This document shows, piece after piece, positions 1 to 9,741 of a stretch of DNA of 64,000 bases. Within the stretch, counting starts at the first letter, position 1. Every line of letters begins with the position of its first letter. This DNA is from Candidatus Raymondbacteria bacterium RIFOXYA2_FULL_49_16 (GTDB lineage Bacteria; Fibrobacterota; OXYB2-FULL-49-7; XYB2-FULL-49-35): assembly GCA_001789205.1 (NCBI GenBank), contig MFYT01000039.1, positions 85,295 to 149,294 of the forward strand, in the 5' to 3' direction. Below the pieces are notes generated by a model. It saw only the letters and a list, made by a program, of their open reading frames with translations. It searched no databases and had not been told where the DNA came from. The position numbers and the translations under genes were made by a program.

Positions 1-552
1 GCAATTGCGCGGCGGTGCAATATCCATATTTGGCAGGAAATGGAACGCGGCCGGTTCCAGTACAACCGGTATGAGGAACGTTTTTGCGAATATATCGAAG
101 TGGCGCAGGAAAAGCGGATGATTTTGGGGTCGTTTTTCTCGTCGGACAATTTCCGTCATTTTACGCAAAACCTCGACGAGTGGGCGTCCATGGACCCTGG
201 CGTTCTCGACTATTTCGGCGGCAAATCGCTGTATACCATGTCGCACGGCCAGTCGCTTATCTCGTTTTTCCGCACCCGCTATGCCATTGAGGGGCTTTAC
301 CTGCTTGACGAGCCCGAGACCGCGCTTTCACCGCGCCGCCTCATTGAACTGCTCGCCATTGTCCGCGATATGGCCACGGCAGGCCATGCCCAGTTCATTA
401 TTGCCACGCATTCACCCCTGCTGCTTGCCTGCCCTGGCGCGATCATCTATAATTTTGACACTGTTCCTGTTTCATCCTGCTCTTACGAGGAGACAGACTA
501 CTTCCGGGTGTACAAGGACTTCATGGAACATCGGGAAAAATACCTGGGGTAG
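1..552 (+). CDS. AAA/ABC-like ATPase (predicted ATPase), 5'-truncated by window edge
   Basis: Frame is open from base 1. Signature SHGQS, Walker B LYLLDEPETALSP and H-loop IIATHSP. Confidence 0.85.
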   Translation, partial: AIARRCNIHIWQEMERGRFQYNRYEERFCEYIEVAQEKRMILGSFFSSDNFRHFTQNLDEWASMDPGVLDYFGGKSLYTMSHGQSLISFFRTRYAIEGLYLLDEPETALSPRRLIELLAIVRDMATAGHAQFIIATHSPLLLACPGAIIYNFDTVPVSSCSYEETDYFRVYKDFMEHREKYLG

Positions 553-554
553 GG

Positions 555-1331
555 CTATTCGTCGTTTTCGCGGGCAGGTTCTTCGGCGGGTGCTGAATGA
601 CCCGCATTTTCAGCCTTGGGCTCGTATTTGTTGAACCCGCTTACCATAAGGACAATATCGACCCTGCGGTTCTGCGCCTTGTTCTCGGGGGTGTCGTTGG
701 GGGCTTTTGGACGGTATTCGCCGTATCCAGCTGCCGAGAGCCGGTCTGGGGAAATACCGCCGGAATGGAGCAGGTATTGGAGTACGTTGGTGGCGCGGGA
801 TGTTGACAGCTCCCAGTTTGAATAGAACCTGGTATTGTGAATGCGGTCAGTATCTGTGTGTCCTTCAACGCGTATGAAATTGGGCATTGGCTGGAGAATC
901 CGGGCAACCCTGCCAACAATCTCCATTGCCGGCCCCGAGAGCTCGCCTGATCCCGAATAGAACAGCACTGAATCCTTTATGCTAATGACTAGGCCCCTTT
1001 CCTCGCGCGAAACCGAGATTTTCCCCTGAAGGCCCATTTGCGCGATCATCCGGTTGATACGCTCCTGGGTGTTAGACATGGCCCGTCGTTCCTTGGAGAC
1101 GCTGGGCCCGGGAACCAGGGACCTGCCGCCGTCGAGTACGCCTGAACGGCCTACCCCGCCGAATGTGATGGCGAGCGATTCAGCCATTTCCTGGAATTTT
1201 TGGGTATCGGTCTGCGCCATGGAGTAGAGCACAATGAAGAGCACCAGGAGCAGGGTGATAAGATCAGCGTAGGTGAGCAGCCATCGTTCCGCGTTTTCTT
1301 TTTCCGCGGGCTTGTTCTTCTTGTGCGCCAT
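555..1331 (-). CDS. motB: Flagellar motor stator protein MotB (OmpA-like peptidoglycan-binding domain)
   Basis: WLLTYADLITLLLVLFIVLYS plug/TM motif; IRVEGHTD, NWELSTSRA and NRRVDI OmpA-domain motifs. Confidence 0.93.
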   Translation of the reverse strand: MAHKKNKPAEKENAERWLLTYADLITLLLVLFIVLYSMAQTDTQKFQEMAESLAITFGGVGRSGVLDGGRSLVPGPSVSKERRAMSNTQERINRMIAQMGLQGKISVSREERGLVISIKDSVLFYSGSGELSGPAMEIVGRVARILQPMPNFIRVEGHTDTDRIHNTRFYSNWELSTSRATNVLQYLLHSGGISPDRLSAAGYGEYRPKAPNDTPENKAQNRRVDIVLMVSGFNKYEPKAENAGHSAPAEEPARENDE

Positions 1332-1344
1332 ACGGGCCTACGCC

Positions 1345-2124
1345 TTATTTGCCGCTGCTGACGTTGACGTTTTTGGCTTCGGACTGGGAGAGGAATGAAA
1401 TAAGTTTTTGCGCCACAATGCGCGGGTTGTCGCCCGACTCAATGGAGAGCACACCTTCGACAATAATGCTTTTTACCAGCACCTCTTTCTTGCTTTTATT
1501 TTTAAGCTTGGTGCCGATAGGTATCCAGATGACGTTTGCGGAAAACACGCCGTACAACGTGGCAATAAAGGCAAGGGCGATTGAGGCCGCAAGCGACGCG
1601 GCGTCGGAGATGTTTGACAGCACGTTGATGAGGCCAAGAACAGTGCCAATGATGCCCATGGTGGGAGCAAAACCGCCCGCAGCCTCAAATATTCCCGCGC
1701 CACTGTGGTGGCGTTCCTCAATAGTGGTTATTTTAGTTTCGAGAATGTCACGCACCAACGCGGGTTCAGTGCCATCTACAATGAGCTGGACGCCTTGTTT
1801 TAGAAAAGGATCGTTAATGTTTGTCAGTTCTACTTCAAGGCTCAGGATGCCTTCGCGCCGCGCTTTTTCGGAAAATCCCACAAGCATATTAATGGTTTTA
1901 GTGATGTCGTATTTTTGTTCGGTAAAAGCTATGATGAGCAGGCGGGGGGCTTTTGATAGAGTAGACAAGGGAAAACTGGTGATAACAGCACCAACGGTCC
2001 CGCAGGCGATGATGATGAAGGCTGATACGCCTACATACGCGAGCAGGTTGCCGCCCTCTTCAAGGATACCGACGATCATTCCGCCGACCGCCAAACTAAT
2101 CCCAAAAATGGTGGTAATATCCAT
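1345..2124 (-). CDS. motA: Flagellar motor stator protein MotA
   Basis: KARREGILSLE, GVQLIVDG, APTMGIIGTVLGLI and AFIATLYG motifs; directly upstream of motB. Confidence 0.93.
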   Translation of the reverse strand: MDITTIFGISLAVGGMIVGILEEGGNLLAYVGVSAFIIIACGTVGAVITSFPLSTLSKAPRLLIIAFTEQKYDITKTINMLVGFSEKARREGILSLEVELTNINDPFLKQGVQLIVDGTEPALVRDILETKITTIEERHHSGAGIFEAAGGFAPTMGIIGTVLGLINVLSNISDAASLAASIALAFIATLYGVFSANVIWIPIGTKLKNKSKKEVLVKSIIVEGVLSIESGDNPRIVAQKLISFLSQSEAKNVNVSSGK

Positions 2125-2294
2125 ACGGGTCCTTTTCCTTTATTTCAGCTTAAAAGATTTACAAAAAAAATACACTCAACCTCCGTATATTGGCAATAGT
2201 AATTATCGGCATATTCATTTAGAGTATTTAATGATATCTGGCGTAAGATGTTTAAAAATAAGGAAATACTTGAATCGATCCTTGAAGTTTAGCT

Positions 2295-3569
2295 TCAGCA
2301 ACCGTTGTTTTTCAAAAGTTTTGCTGTTACTTTTTCCTGCTTTTCCCATTGGCCAAAAAGTGCCCCTTTGGGAAGGAGTTCCCTTTCAACAATTTTTCGT
2401 ATGGCAGGATTGATTGCGCCACATGGCTCATGTTCAAACCCAGTCCCGGGAAGGGGCATGAATGTATGGGCATGGATTGTCGCCCCCATTTTCACCAAGG
2501 CTTGCATCATACGGACTGTGTGCAGGGCATCGTCCTCGGTTTCACCCGGAAGACCGAAAATGAAGTCCACAAAGGGTTTGAGGCTAGCGGAGCAGGCAAT
2601 GTCAATGGCCTGGTACACGTCATTAACTGTATGACCCCGGTTGCACAGGTCCAGAAGGCGCTGGCTTCCTGTTTGCGCACCCACCACGATGTTCTTGTTG
2701 CACGCGTATTTCAGCACAAGCGCCACAGTGTCAGTTGTAACATGTTCGGGCCGCACCTCAGCTGGAAAATTGCCGAAGAATACACGGCCTTTTTTTCCAA
2801 TGGCCTGGTTTACGCCGGTCAGCAGTTCCTCCATGGCGTGCAGGTTAATGCCAAGGCCGTCCGGCGATCCATACGCAAATGCATCAGCCGAAACAAACCG
2901 TATGTTGTACATGTCCCGTTTGCGCATTTCAGCCACTGCTGCCACAATGGCCTCGCTTTTGCGGTGACGCACTGTGCCTCGCGTCAGCTGTGTTGCCTGG
3001 CAGAAATGGCAGCTGAAGGGGCAGCCGCGGGTGATTTCAATAGAGCCCAATTTATCGTACCGTAGTGAAAAGGGAGGGAATGCGTCAAGATCAACAAGTC
3101 CTGCAGGACCGGTATGCATATATCCGGCTCCTGGCTGGTAAAAGGCAATGCCTTTGATTGCGGTCACATCCCCATCTTCCAGCAATTGTTCCGCAAGCGC
3201 GGGAAAAGTTTCTTCGGCCTCTCCCAGCACAGCATAGTCAAACCCCATTGCCAGGGTGCCTTTTGGATCGCCTGTGGCATGGGGGCCGCCTGCAATGAGC
3301 GTGATCCGGTTTCCATAGGCCATTCGCAGCTGCGCCACCAGCTCCTGGGTCTCCCATTTTTGTGGAGTGCAAAATGAAAAGCAGAGCAGCGCTTTGTCAT
3401 GTGTTTCGAGAATACGGCCGGTTTCGGGGAGCAGGGCGTGGGCATAGTAGAAAAAACAGACATGCGCCTTTGTCGCCACAGGATGGTTTTCGAGCGCGCC
3501 TGCGAGCGCGTTAACGCTGTTTCGATTGAGCGAAGTGTAGAAAAAGGCCAAGCCCGTGCGCATAGGCAT
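2295..3569 (-). CDS. B12-binding-domain radical SAM protein
   Basis: IAGGPHAT and GEAEE cobalamin-binding-domain motifs; EITRGCPFSCHFC CxxxCxxC; DFIFGLPGE. Confidence 0.88.
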   Translation of the reverse strand: MPMRTGLAFFYTSLNRNSVNALAGALENHPVATKAHVCFFYYAHALLPETGRILETHDKALLCFSFCTPQKWETQELVAQLRMAYGNRITLIAGGPHATGDPKGTLAMGFDYAVLGEAEETFPALAEQLLEDGDVTAIKGIAFYQPGAGYMHTGPAGLVDLDAFPPFSLRYDKLGSIEITRGCPFSCHFCQATQLTRGTVRHRKSEAIVAAVAEMRKRDMYNIRFVSADAFAYGSPDGLGINLHAMEELLTGVNQAIGKKGRVFFGNFPAEVRPEHVTTDTVALVLKYACNKNIVVGAQTGSQRLLDLCNRGHTVNDVYQAIDIACSASLKPFVDFIFGLPGETEDDALHTVRMMQALVKMGATIHAHTFMPLPGTGFEHEPCGAINPAIRKIVERELLPKGALFGQWEKQEKVTAKLLKNNGC

Positions 3570-3571
3570 TA

Positions 3572-4297
3572 TTAAAATGACCAGGAAGCCCGTATGCCCC
3601 CGGGCGCAGGAGCGATTGCCGAGTCAGTGGAAGGCGTTTTGTACAGACGGTATACCAGGTATGTGATCGCAGTGCTCACACACGCGCCTGTGACAATATC
3701 AGACAGGTGGTGCCAGTGCTCGTTGTACCTCGTGTATCCCACATAACCTGCCCATCCGTAGAACGCAATTGGCAGACTGTATTTCAACGCCGGCTGTTTT
3801 ACATGGTCAAGCCAGTAGAGGCTCATATATGTTGCGGAACAGAAACTCATTGATGTATGGCCTGAATAAAAGCTTCTTCGCTGGCCTTCGTACCCATGGG
3901 CAATGGCATCGTCGTAATTGGGACGTTTGCGGCCCACGGTCGATGAAACCGCGCTGTAGATGCCAAAATTTACGGAAAAAGCTGTCATAAACCCCCGGAA
4001 ATTCCTGAGCGCGTCGTTTTTATCAACAGCAAAAGGCGTTGCCGCGTATCCGAGGTGGACAAGGGGGATGACCCAGCAGGGGATGCTTTCGTCGCGATAG
4101 GTTTTTACATCAGAACTGATGAACGGGTGGTCTGGGTTCAAGAGCACTGTCTGGAATAGAGCGCCGGCCGAGAGACCCGCAACATCGATGAGAACATCGG
4201 TGTATTGATGATTAAAAGGCGTACTCGAATTTTGTATGACAGCCTGAGACTGCGGCACATACAAGAGCAACCCCAGGAAGACCAAGGTCAATCGCAT
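3572..4297 (-). CDS. PAP2-family phosphatase
   Basis: GRKRP, SFYSGH and TRYNEHWHHLSD PAP2 motifs; N-terminal signal peptide. Confidence 0.88.
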   Translation of the reverse strand: MRLTLVFLGLLLYVPQSQAVIQNSSTPFNHQYTDVLIDVAGLSAGALFQTVLLNPDHPFISSDVKTYRDESIPCWVIPLVHLGYAATPFAVDKNDALRNFRGFMTAFSVNFGIYSAVSSTVGRKRPNYDDAIAHGYEGQRRSFYSGHTSMSFCSATYMSLYWLDHVKQPALKYSLPIAFYGWAGYVGYTRYNEHWHHLSDIVTGACVSTAITYLVYRLYKTPSTDSAIAPAPGGIRASWSF

Positions 4298-4363
4298 GGT
4301 GAAGAATATAATTTAATCGGACAATACGCTTCGACTGTGGAGATTGCGCCCACAGCGAGGGGT

Positions 4364-6619
4364 TTATCGCAGCAGCAAGGCCTTTGCTGAATAAAACGCG
4401 TCACCCGCCCGTAACCTGAACAGATAGAGGCCGCTGGACACCCCGACAGCCTTCCAAACAACGCCGTTGCGGCTGATTTTAGCCACTGTGGTTTCCACTG
4501 TGGCGACAGACGAGCCGTTTACCCTGAATATCTCAACCGTGACCAGACCGTCTTTTCCCGGTATTTTGCCGCATTGTATGGTCACCGCAGGGTTGAACGG
4601 ATTGGGAAAAACCATCAGCGATTTTTCTGGTACTTGAGCGGCGGGAATCGAGTATGGACCGCTGGTGCATGATTCAATGCTGTCGGGCTCACGACCGATA
4701 TCCGAATAGCGCCATTGACCTTTTCTGGCAACCAGTGTATCTGTACCGGAAACAAGGGCAAGATCAAAGGAGATGTCCGAACTACCCGATCCCTCTTGGT
4801 GGACTTGGGCCGCGATACTGTTCTGACCATCGTGGAGCAGTGGCAGGCCCTGAGCGGTAATATCAACGGTCGTATAGGTTCCGCCTTCGTGCGCAGTCGA
4901 GGCCCAGGTGTCGTATCCGACCTGACTTGCGGGCATGCCAAGGCGGGCGACCTCGGCGCCATTGAGATAGACAATCACGCCATCGTCGTAATTGAGCTCG
5001 AGCGCAAGTGAAGAGAGGGGTGCCGGATTGGAGACGGACATGCTCTTTCTGAAGTATGCGGTATAGACCCTCGCAATGGTTGTGGCCTCATTCCCATCGC
5101 CGTAACCGAACTCGGCCAGGCCGAGAGGCCAGGAAGAATCGTCATACCCAGGATCTTTCCAGGACATCGAAGTACAGGTTGTGTCCACTGTGAAACTGAT
5201 TACCGCGGAAGTGTCCATGGAGTTTCCGGAATCATCAATGGCGCGCACATAGAAGACATAGGTCTGCCCATGCACACCTGCCACGACCATGGAATGGTTG
5301 AAACCGCCTTCTCCTGACGGAAATTGGGTTGTCATGGTTTCGTAGGGTTGGTCGACAAGACCCCAGCGAACGTACGCAGGCTCGTTTGTTTTCAGTGTTA
5401 CAAGAACAGAGGCAGTGCGAACAGTCCCAGACGGCCCGCTTTCCCTGAAGAACGGCGCGGTCGTGTCAGGTCCCTGCGGCCGCTTGATAATGGTAAGACT
5501 GTCGAGTAGCAGCCCATATGGATCAAGGACGTCCATATGCAAGGTGTCGCCGTGAATCCGGCATTTGCCATAGTTGAGCGCCCACGCGCCTTTTTCCACA
5601 AACCAGTCGGTATTCGAGAAATAGCTGGGGGTCCCGTCATATCCCCCGGAACCCCAGTTGCCCAGGACCATCTCCAGCCTGCCCTGGCCAGGCCCGCTCC
5701 CATACTCTTCCACCGGTGTTTCAGCATTGACGTTTAAATTTATCGGCTTTGAACGCATGTAATAATGAATGTGTCCATTCAACACAAGATCAACGCCGTA
5801 GTCGTCGAACGCCTTCCACCAGGTTTCGCGGTATGCGTCCATGTCCTGCTGATGGACCACGGTTACGAAAAAGGGTTTGTGGAAATAGACGATTTTCCAC
5901 TTTTTTGCCGTGTTCCGGAGCTGGTCAACAAGCCATGCGTACTGGGCCGCGAAGTCGCGTTCGCTATTCAGGGAAATGAACAGCGCATCCCCAAATTCGA
6001 ACGAGTACCATTTCTCTTCACCCGGGAGCACAAATTGATTGTAATAGATGCTGTAATTGTAATCGTGATTGCTGACCGCGTAATAGATCAGGGCTTTTTC
6101 GAAAAGGGAGGCGCCATAGGAATAGATTTCGTCCCAGTCAGTCGCTGAGTTGCCATCGGTCGCTTTGTCTCCCATATGAATGAAAAAGTCGGCGTCCTGC
6201 TGCGCCAGCGTCTCAGCCATGGTCCTCCATCCGGGCAGATTGTAATCGTGGATGTCACCACCAGTGATGAAAGTAAGTCTGTCCGCAATCGTGTCGCAGG
6301 AGGTCTGGAATGTCTTTTCAACGCCCCAAGTTCCGTCGTATATGGAGTAATGGATGGTTGCAGACGGCTGAACCGCGGGAAAGGCGTAATCATAGAGATA
6401 TCCGGAATAATCCGCGCGCTGGGTTCCAGCAAATGTTCCCTGTTCGTACAAGTCCGTATACCCCCAGCGGATACTGTCAGCAGGGCCATAGCTTTGCCAG
6501 GTAACAGTCAGCCCGTTCAATGGATTGTTCTTTGAGCCCCAGTGGATATGCGTGACCGTGCTCCAAAGGAGTGAGGCGCCGCATAAGAGAATTCCCATGG
6601 AAAGTGGTATGCTTTTCAT
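4364..6619 (-). CDS. Secreted purple-acid-phosphatase-like metallophosphoesterase with C-terminal sorting-like tail
   Basis: Signal peptide; GDIH, GD, SNHD and GHIH metallophosphoesterase motifs; tail FPNPFNP...SSGLY...KALLLR. Confidence 0.85.
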   Translation of the reverse strand: MKSIPLSMGILLCGASLLWSTVTHIHWGSKNNPLNGLTVTWQSYGPADSIRWGYTDLYEQGTFAGTQRADYSGYLYDYAFPAVQPSATIHYSIYDGTWGVEKTFQTSCDTIADRLTFITGGDIHDYNLPGWRTMAETLAQQDADFFIHMGDKATDGNSATDWDEIYSYGASLFEKALIYYAVSNHDYNYSIYYNQFVLPGEEKWYSFEFGDALFISLNSERDFAAQYAWLVDQLRNTAKKWKIVYFHKPFFVTVVHQQDMDAYRETWWKAFDDYGVDLVLNGHIHYYMRSKPINLNVNAETPVEEYGSGPGQGRLEMVLGNWGSGGYDGTPSYFSNTDWFVEKGAWALNYGKCRIHGDTLHMDVLDPYGLLLDSLTIIKRPQGPDTTAPFFRESGPSGTVRTASVLVTLKTNEPAYVRWGLVDQPYETMTTQFPSGEGGFNHSMVVAGVHGQTYVFYVRAIDDSGNSMDTSAVISFTVDTTCTSMSWKDPGYDDSSWPLGLAEFGYGDGNEATTIARVYTAYFRKSMSVSNPAPLSSLALELNYDDGVIVYLNGAEVARLGMPASQVGYDTWASTAHEGGTYTTVDITAQGLPLLHDGQNSIAAQVHQEGSGSSDISFDLALVSGTDTLVARKGQWRYSDIGREPDSIESCTSGPYSIPAAQVPEKSLMVFPNPFNPAVTIQCGKIPGKDGLVTVEIFRVNGSSVATVETTVAKISRNGVVWKAVGVSSGLYLFRLRAGDAFYSAKALLLR

Positions 6620-6787
6620 TTTTTATTCCTCCTGATAGCATATGCCGGTATTATCCGCTGACATTAAATAAGATACAATGGGAAATAGAAATCGCCCCAA
6701 CTATTTGGCAATAATGACCGATTTTTCAGGAAAAAACGCCACTTTTTCGGAAATCATAGCTGGTAATGGGGAATATCCAGGCCAGCC

Positions 6788-8620
6788 TCAACCGGTTCTG
6801 TATTTACTGGGGCTTTTTCCGGTCATTTTCTTGAAATTTCTAAGAAAAATGTCAGGATCTGAGTACCCGACCTTATACGATATCTCTGTAATTGAATCAT
6901 TGGAAGAACGAAGCATGTCGCACGCTTTTTCTATCCTGACCTCCCGCAGTTGTTCCATCGGCGACTTGCCGGTGACTGTCTGATATATGGTAAGCAGGCG
7001 CCTGGGGCTTAGTCTGACAGTCCGGGCAATGGACTTGCTGCCCAGTTCCTCGTGGAAATGGGCGGATAAGAAGCTGTCTACTTCAGTGACAATGCTTTTC
7101 CAGTTATCGGGTACAATCCTGAATCTCTTTCTCCATGCCCTGGCCCCCAGGAGTGCGATGGCAACAGCCAGCACACTAGCGCCAACGAAGATCCGAGCCT
7201 TGGAATTGTCCCTGATCGTGAATTCGGTTTTGGGAAAATCAAGCACTTCGCCATTTTCACGCACCAGATATCCTTCAAAGGACCACCCGCCTTTCACCAT
7301 TTTATCATTCAGGACCAGGGGGAGGAGTATTTCACCGGATCCAGGGGAGAGGTCAAGCATGCTGACTGCTATTGCCGAGGTGAAAAAACGATCAGCCAGA
7401 CTATCTTTTTTTAACGCGATGAACTCATTGCTCCCCCGTCTATATTTGAAATAGAGGTCTTGGGTCTCGCTGTTGATGCTGAAGGTAAGGTTGGAGGTTT
7501 CGTCAAAAGGGCCGAACCGGTTGCCGCGATCTCCCGTAAAAATGTCCGCGTGCGCGTTCAGGTCAATGTAGCATTTTTTGGACACCGGAGGTAAGCGCAG
7601 GCGCAGGAACACGGTGTCTCCGCGGCGGAATTCGTGGTTGTCCTGCCGCGGGCGGACAATGTCCATTGCAAGCCCTTCGTGGACACGGCGGGCAGATGAT
7701 ATGATGAAATGGTCGATATCCATGGAAGCAATGCCGAATTCCCGAGCTGTTTTTTTACAGCGGAATTCGATGTACTGATAGTGGCCCACGGGCCGACTCA
7801 GTTCAATTTTCCGGTTTCCGGCCGGGAGCCCATCGATAAAAAGCGAGTCCTCGATTGTTGCGCCGTCCACGCGGATGAATATATCAATGGATATCCATTG
7901 GGAAAGACGCACCAGCGCCAGGCCTGTGTCGGGAATGGTCCAGGTGCGTCCTTTTCCATTGGGCCGCATGAGCAGGAGAAGTCCCGGGGTCCCGTCCGCG
8001 GTTTTCCGCAGGACAAGGCCAGGCGTGGTAAAGGGACTGTCGATTTTGCTTACCACGCGGAACCCCAGAAGGGTCAGGTGCGATGCAGTCGTCTGCGCTG
8101 GCAGTGTGCCGTTTGCCCGGTTCAGACGCATGGCAAAATGACAATACAGGCCCTTGACAAGCTCCGGAGAGGAACCGGTAAGCATGAGCGTCCGTGCCGC
8201 GACCCAGTCTGAATCGGCGCTGATGCGAAGTCCGGACGTGCCCCTGAATGCGGCCTTTTTTGTCACGGCAACGTTCCCCTGGGCCCAGCCGTTGATGGTG
8301 AAACCAGCCGAAACTTCCACGGAATCTTCGAAGTCTTCGGAGAAATAGACAGTGTCCGCGGCATGAGGAAGCGCGGTGAAGAAAAGAACCATCAGAAGGG
8401 CCGCGAGGATTTTTAACTTAGTTGAACAATAAGGACACACGAGTCTCTCAAAGAAAGAATCAATATGTTTCCAACGAAACGACTTACTTTTACTGGAAAT
8501 ATTGCTCCCAGCGTTGTATGTGGTGGTTATCAAATGATCACAAAGGGGCATTTGATTAGGTTCAACATTCAGGAGATCCCTTACCTCATTCCAATGCACA
8601 AAACTTCTCCTTGCTATCAA
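6788..8620 (-). CDS. Membrane-anchored AraC-family regulator with extracytoplasmic sensor domain (true start uncertain, possibly near 8392-8420)
   Basis: Signal-like KILAALLMVLFFTALPHA; TM helix followed by WRKRFR; C-terminal AraC HTH ITEISYKVGYSDPDIFLRNFKKMTGKSPSKYR. Confidence 0.8.
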   Translation of the reverse strand: MIARRSFVHWNEVRDLLNVEPNQMPLCDHLITTTYNAGSNISSKSKSFRWKHIDSFFERLVCPYCSTKLKILAALLMVLFFTALPHAADTVYFSEDFEDSVEVSAGFTINGWAQGNVAVTKKAAFRGTSGLRISADSDWVAARTLMLTGSSPELVKGLYCHFAMRLNRANGTLPAQTTASHLTLLGFRVVSKIDSPFTTPGLVLRKTADGTPGLLLLMRPNGKGRTWTIPDTGLALVRLSQWISIDIFIRVDGATIEDSLFIDGLPAGNRKIELSRPVGHYQYIEFRCKKTAREFGIASMDIDHFIISSARRVHEGLAMDIVRPRQDNHEFRRGDTVFLRLRLPPVSKKCYIDLNAHADIFTGDRGNRFGPFDETSNLTFSINSETQDLYFKYRRGSNEFIALKKDSLADRFFTSAIAVSMLDLSPGSGEILLPLVLNDKMVKGGWSFEGYLVRENGEVLDFPKTEFTIRDNSKARIFVGASVLAVAIALLGARAWRKRFRIVPDNWKSIVTEVDSFLSAHFHEELGSKSIARTVRLSPRRLLTIYQTVTGKSPMEQLREVRIEKACDMLRSSNDSITEISYKVGYSDPDIFLRNFKKMTGKSPSKYRTG

Positions 8621-8820
8621 AGGCCTTTAAAAGAGAACTATGACATCAATCCTTATTTCTTTTCATCAGTTGAACTGTATCCTACAAATCCACGATACTC
8701 AACTTCCCTTCCCGCCACAACCCAATCCTGTTTCTGACTATTTTTTTTGCATGATACAGCGCCTTGTCCGCCCTTTAGAGCGCAACAGCACAACTCCTCC
8801 CTTAGAGTAATAGTATGGTT

Positions 8821-9201
8821 TTATGCTGCCTGTGCGCGTGAATGCCGTACTCTGCGTGACCTCCCCCGCGAATGCCGAGACGCGGGTGGATGCACTGTCC
8901 CTGTCCGTTTTATGCTTATCGCGACTTTATGCCCGGTTGCATTGGCGACCTTCCAAAGCGTGGAAAGCCGGATATCTTCGCCATGGTTTTCTAATTTGCT
9001 GACCGCTTGTTTGGTAATATGAATGAAATCTGCAAGCTGTTCTTGATTTAATCCTGAATCTTCCCGGAATTGCTTCAGTAAAACGGATATTTTGAAGGTC
9101 TGGAGGCCTATGTCATAATTTTTCCATCCTTCAGGATCTTTTGCCTTCAATTCTTCAAGGTGCGCCAAGGCGTCATCATTGTAATGGAGATTCTTTTTCA
9201 T
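8821..9201 (-). CDS. XRE-family HTH antitoxin (HigA-like)
   Basis: LKQFREDSGLNQEQLAD...KQAVSKLEN...IRLSTL HTH; lies downstream of a RelE-like gene. Confidence 0.8.
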   Translation of the reverse strand: MKKNLHYNDDALAHLEELKAKDPEGWKNYDIGLQTFKISVLLKQFREDSGLNQEQLADFIHITKQAVSKLENHGEDIRLSTLWKVANATGHKVAISIKRTGTVHPPASRHSRGRSRRVRHSRAQAA

Positions 9202-9216
9202 ATTTGCTCCCGCTAT

Positions 9217-9528
9217 TTATTTCTGTTTCCTCAACAAATGGTCTTTCTTTCTCTGTTCCGCAGTCTCGATTTCCTTAACAGGTGTTTTCTGAGTCTTCTT
9301 GGTAAAAGCATGCGCTAATACAAGAAAGTTTCCCGCTTCGAAAAAGCCCAGGAAACGGAAAATATCTCCTCCATATTCTACCCGAACCTCCCATAAACCA
9401 CTAGTCCCTTCCATTTTCTCAAAAAATTTGCCGGGAACCCTTTCGAAATTACGGACAATGTCAAACACATAAAGGCACTTTTCCTGTTGTTCACGGTGTA
9501 AGCTGTCAATAAAAATCTTGACCGGCAT
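9217..9528 (-). CDS. RelE/ParE-superfamily (HigB/Gp49-like) toxin, possibly N-terminally damaged
   Basis: GLWEVRV...FRFLGF...LAHAFTKKTQKTP..EIETA is typical of the family; in-frame TAA a few codons upstream of the ATG. Confidence 0.8.
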   Translation of the reverse strand: MPVKIFIDSLHREQQEKCLYVFDIVRNFERVPGKFFEKMEGTSGLWEVRVEYGGDIFRFLGFFEAGNFLVLAHAFTKKTQKTPVKEIETAEQRKKDHLLRKQK

Positions 9529-9741
9529 TTCCCCGGTTCTCGTTCTATATTACAGGACATCCTCGAATGCTCGTACCAGTAATATACGTTATCTCATGAC
9601 ATCTAGCAAATATCACCCTGGCTAATTACTGGGAAAACCGATTGAACAAGACTGTAAGAGTCTGATATTTAGAAATTATTATCCGTCCCGGGGCTTTCCT
9701 GTGATGACCCAGGGAGATTTCTGTGTGCAGGAGGAAAATCC

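Noticed and set aside
555..2124. Zorya (ZorAB) anti-phage system
   Set aside because: MotA has normal length with no long ZorA tail, MotB has the canonical plug motif, and no zorC/D/E-like genes are adjacent.
1349..2413. 354-aa plus-strand ORF and the many other antisense or overlapping ORFs in the track
   Set aside because: They are shadows of well-supported genes on the opposite strand or another frame and carry no recognisable motifs.
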